A stretch of 63,627 bases of DNA, counting the filler, from Neolecta irregularis DAH-3 (lineage: Eukaryota), in NCBI GenBank assembly GCA_001929475.1. It is 5 parts of 5 records of this genome, joined end to end, with 100 filler letters (N's around TTAATTAATTAA, not from the genome) between each part and the next. Parts side by side here need not be neighbours in the genome. Positions count along the whole stretch, not along the records: positions 62,555 to 63,627 come from LXFE01004169.1; 4 more parts are not named here. One strand, 5' to 3'. Shown piece by piece: positions 63,047 through 63,627 of the stretch. The stretch's first letter is position 1; each line of letters begins with the position of its first letter. The position numbers and the translations under genes are program-made. The notes beneath the pieces were generated by a model that made no database searches, had not been told where the DNA came from, and saw only the letters and a list, made by a program, of their open reading frames with translations.

Positions 63047-63348
63047 ATTACCATTCAGCTTCACTGGCACTGGGCTGCTGCAATAATATCTGGCTGGAGT
63101 TTAGATCAAAGAGCTCAAGCATAACCTGCCTCACTAAATGCTCGTTCTACACTTGATGCTGGTATTGTCAAGATATCAAGAGCCAGGCGGCTGAGTTAGT
63201 AATCTGGTAGTCGGTTCCAATCAATGCCATCATAATTGTCATCATTATCCAGGACCAGGGGTTAATCTCGCGGAGTGATACTGAAGGTGTCTGGTCTGAA
63301 AATTGAAATGTTGGCTGTCATAGGATCCTGAGGTATGCTGGAATCCAT
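63047..63348 (-). mobile_element. Internally deleted hAT transposase remnant
   Basis: YDGIDWNRLP N-terminal-type motif fused to the dimerisation domain LSRLALDILTIPASSVERAFSEAG...KLQPDIIAAAQC, with stops. Confidence 0.75.
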
Positions 63349-63485
63349 ATTGATGATTGGAATTCACATTTCAATATGATAATATTGGGCAATGCAGACA
63401 ATATTTGGTAGGTTAATGTCTCATTGAAAGACAATATCACATTCAGTTTCATGATATTTTGGATGGCGAACGCGCCTAATATCGT

Positions 63486-63627
63486 TCATGCAATCCTCAA
63501 CCAATCAAGCACCTTGATCAACAACCCGTTATTCCCCAGCCTCTCAACCTCCCTACGCGCCATCCCATCAAGAATCTCCAACACCTTCTTCGTGTACTCA
63601 AAAGACAAGGTCTCCTCCTTGATATAC
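63486..63627 (-). CDS. BTS1: Geranylgeranyl diphosphate synthase, C-terminal fragment
   Basis: YIKEETLSFEYTKKVL.....RREVERLGNNGLLIKVLDWL matches the GGPPS C-terminal helices; runs off the window. Confidence 0.65.
   Translation of the reverse strand, partial: YIKEETLSFEYTKKVLEILDGMARREVERLGNNGLLIKVLDWLRIA

Overview
Compact, intron-rich fungal genomic DNA, most likely an early-diverging ascomycete (Taphrinomycotina, Neolecta-like; inferred from gene content and introns of about 33-45 nt). The window is a concatenation of five contigs joined by 100-nt N-TTAATTAATTAA-N spacers, so adjacency across the spacers is unproven. It holds about 25 protein-coding genes. Housekeeping genes are RIB1, MIC10, PLC1, BNA2/IDO, a GST, COX24, a G-alpha, SNT2, NDUFAF7, ZWF1, ENV7, LYS2, an SDR, BRR2, RCL1, YPD1, a GATA factor and the 3' end of a GGPP synthase. 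There are also F-box, Mug105/ZUP1, fasciclin, golgin-like, aspartic protease and secreted-protein genes, a CorA pseudogene, a solo LTR with target-site duplication, a MULE-like MITE and hAT remnants. Three observations stand out. (1) Several GC-rich islands show a G-to-C skew inversion centred on simple repeats, resembling double-strand-break or recombination hotspot signatures. (2) Several introns appear to need non-canonical splice sites: GA-AG plus a 3-nt micro-exon in the G-alpha gene, GT-TG in the GST, and weak GC-AG donors. (3) Two orphan-looking genes resemble the meiotic pro-crossover factors HEIP1/REDIC1 and PRR19. All calls come from manual reading; no database searches were run.
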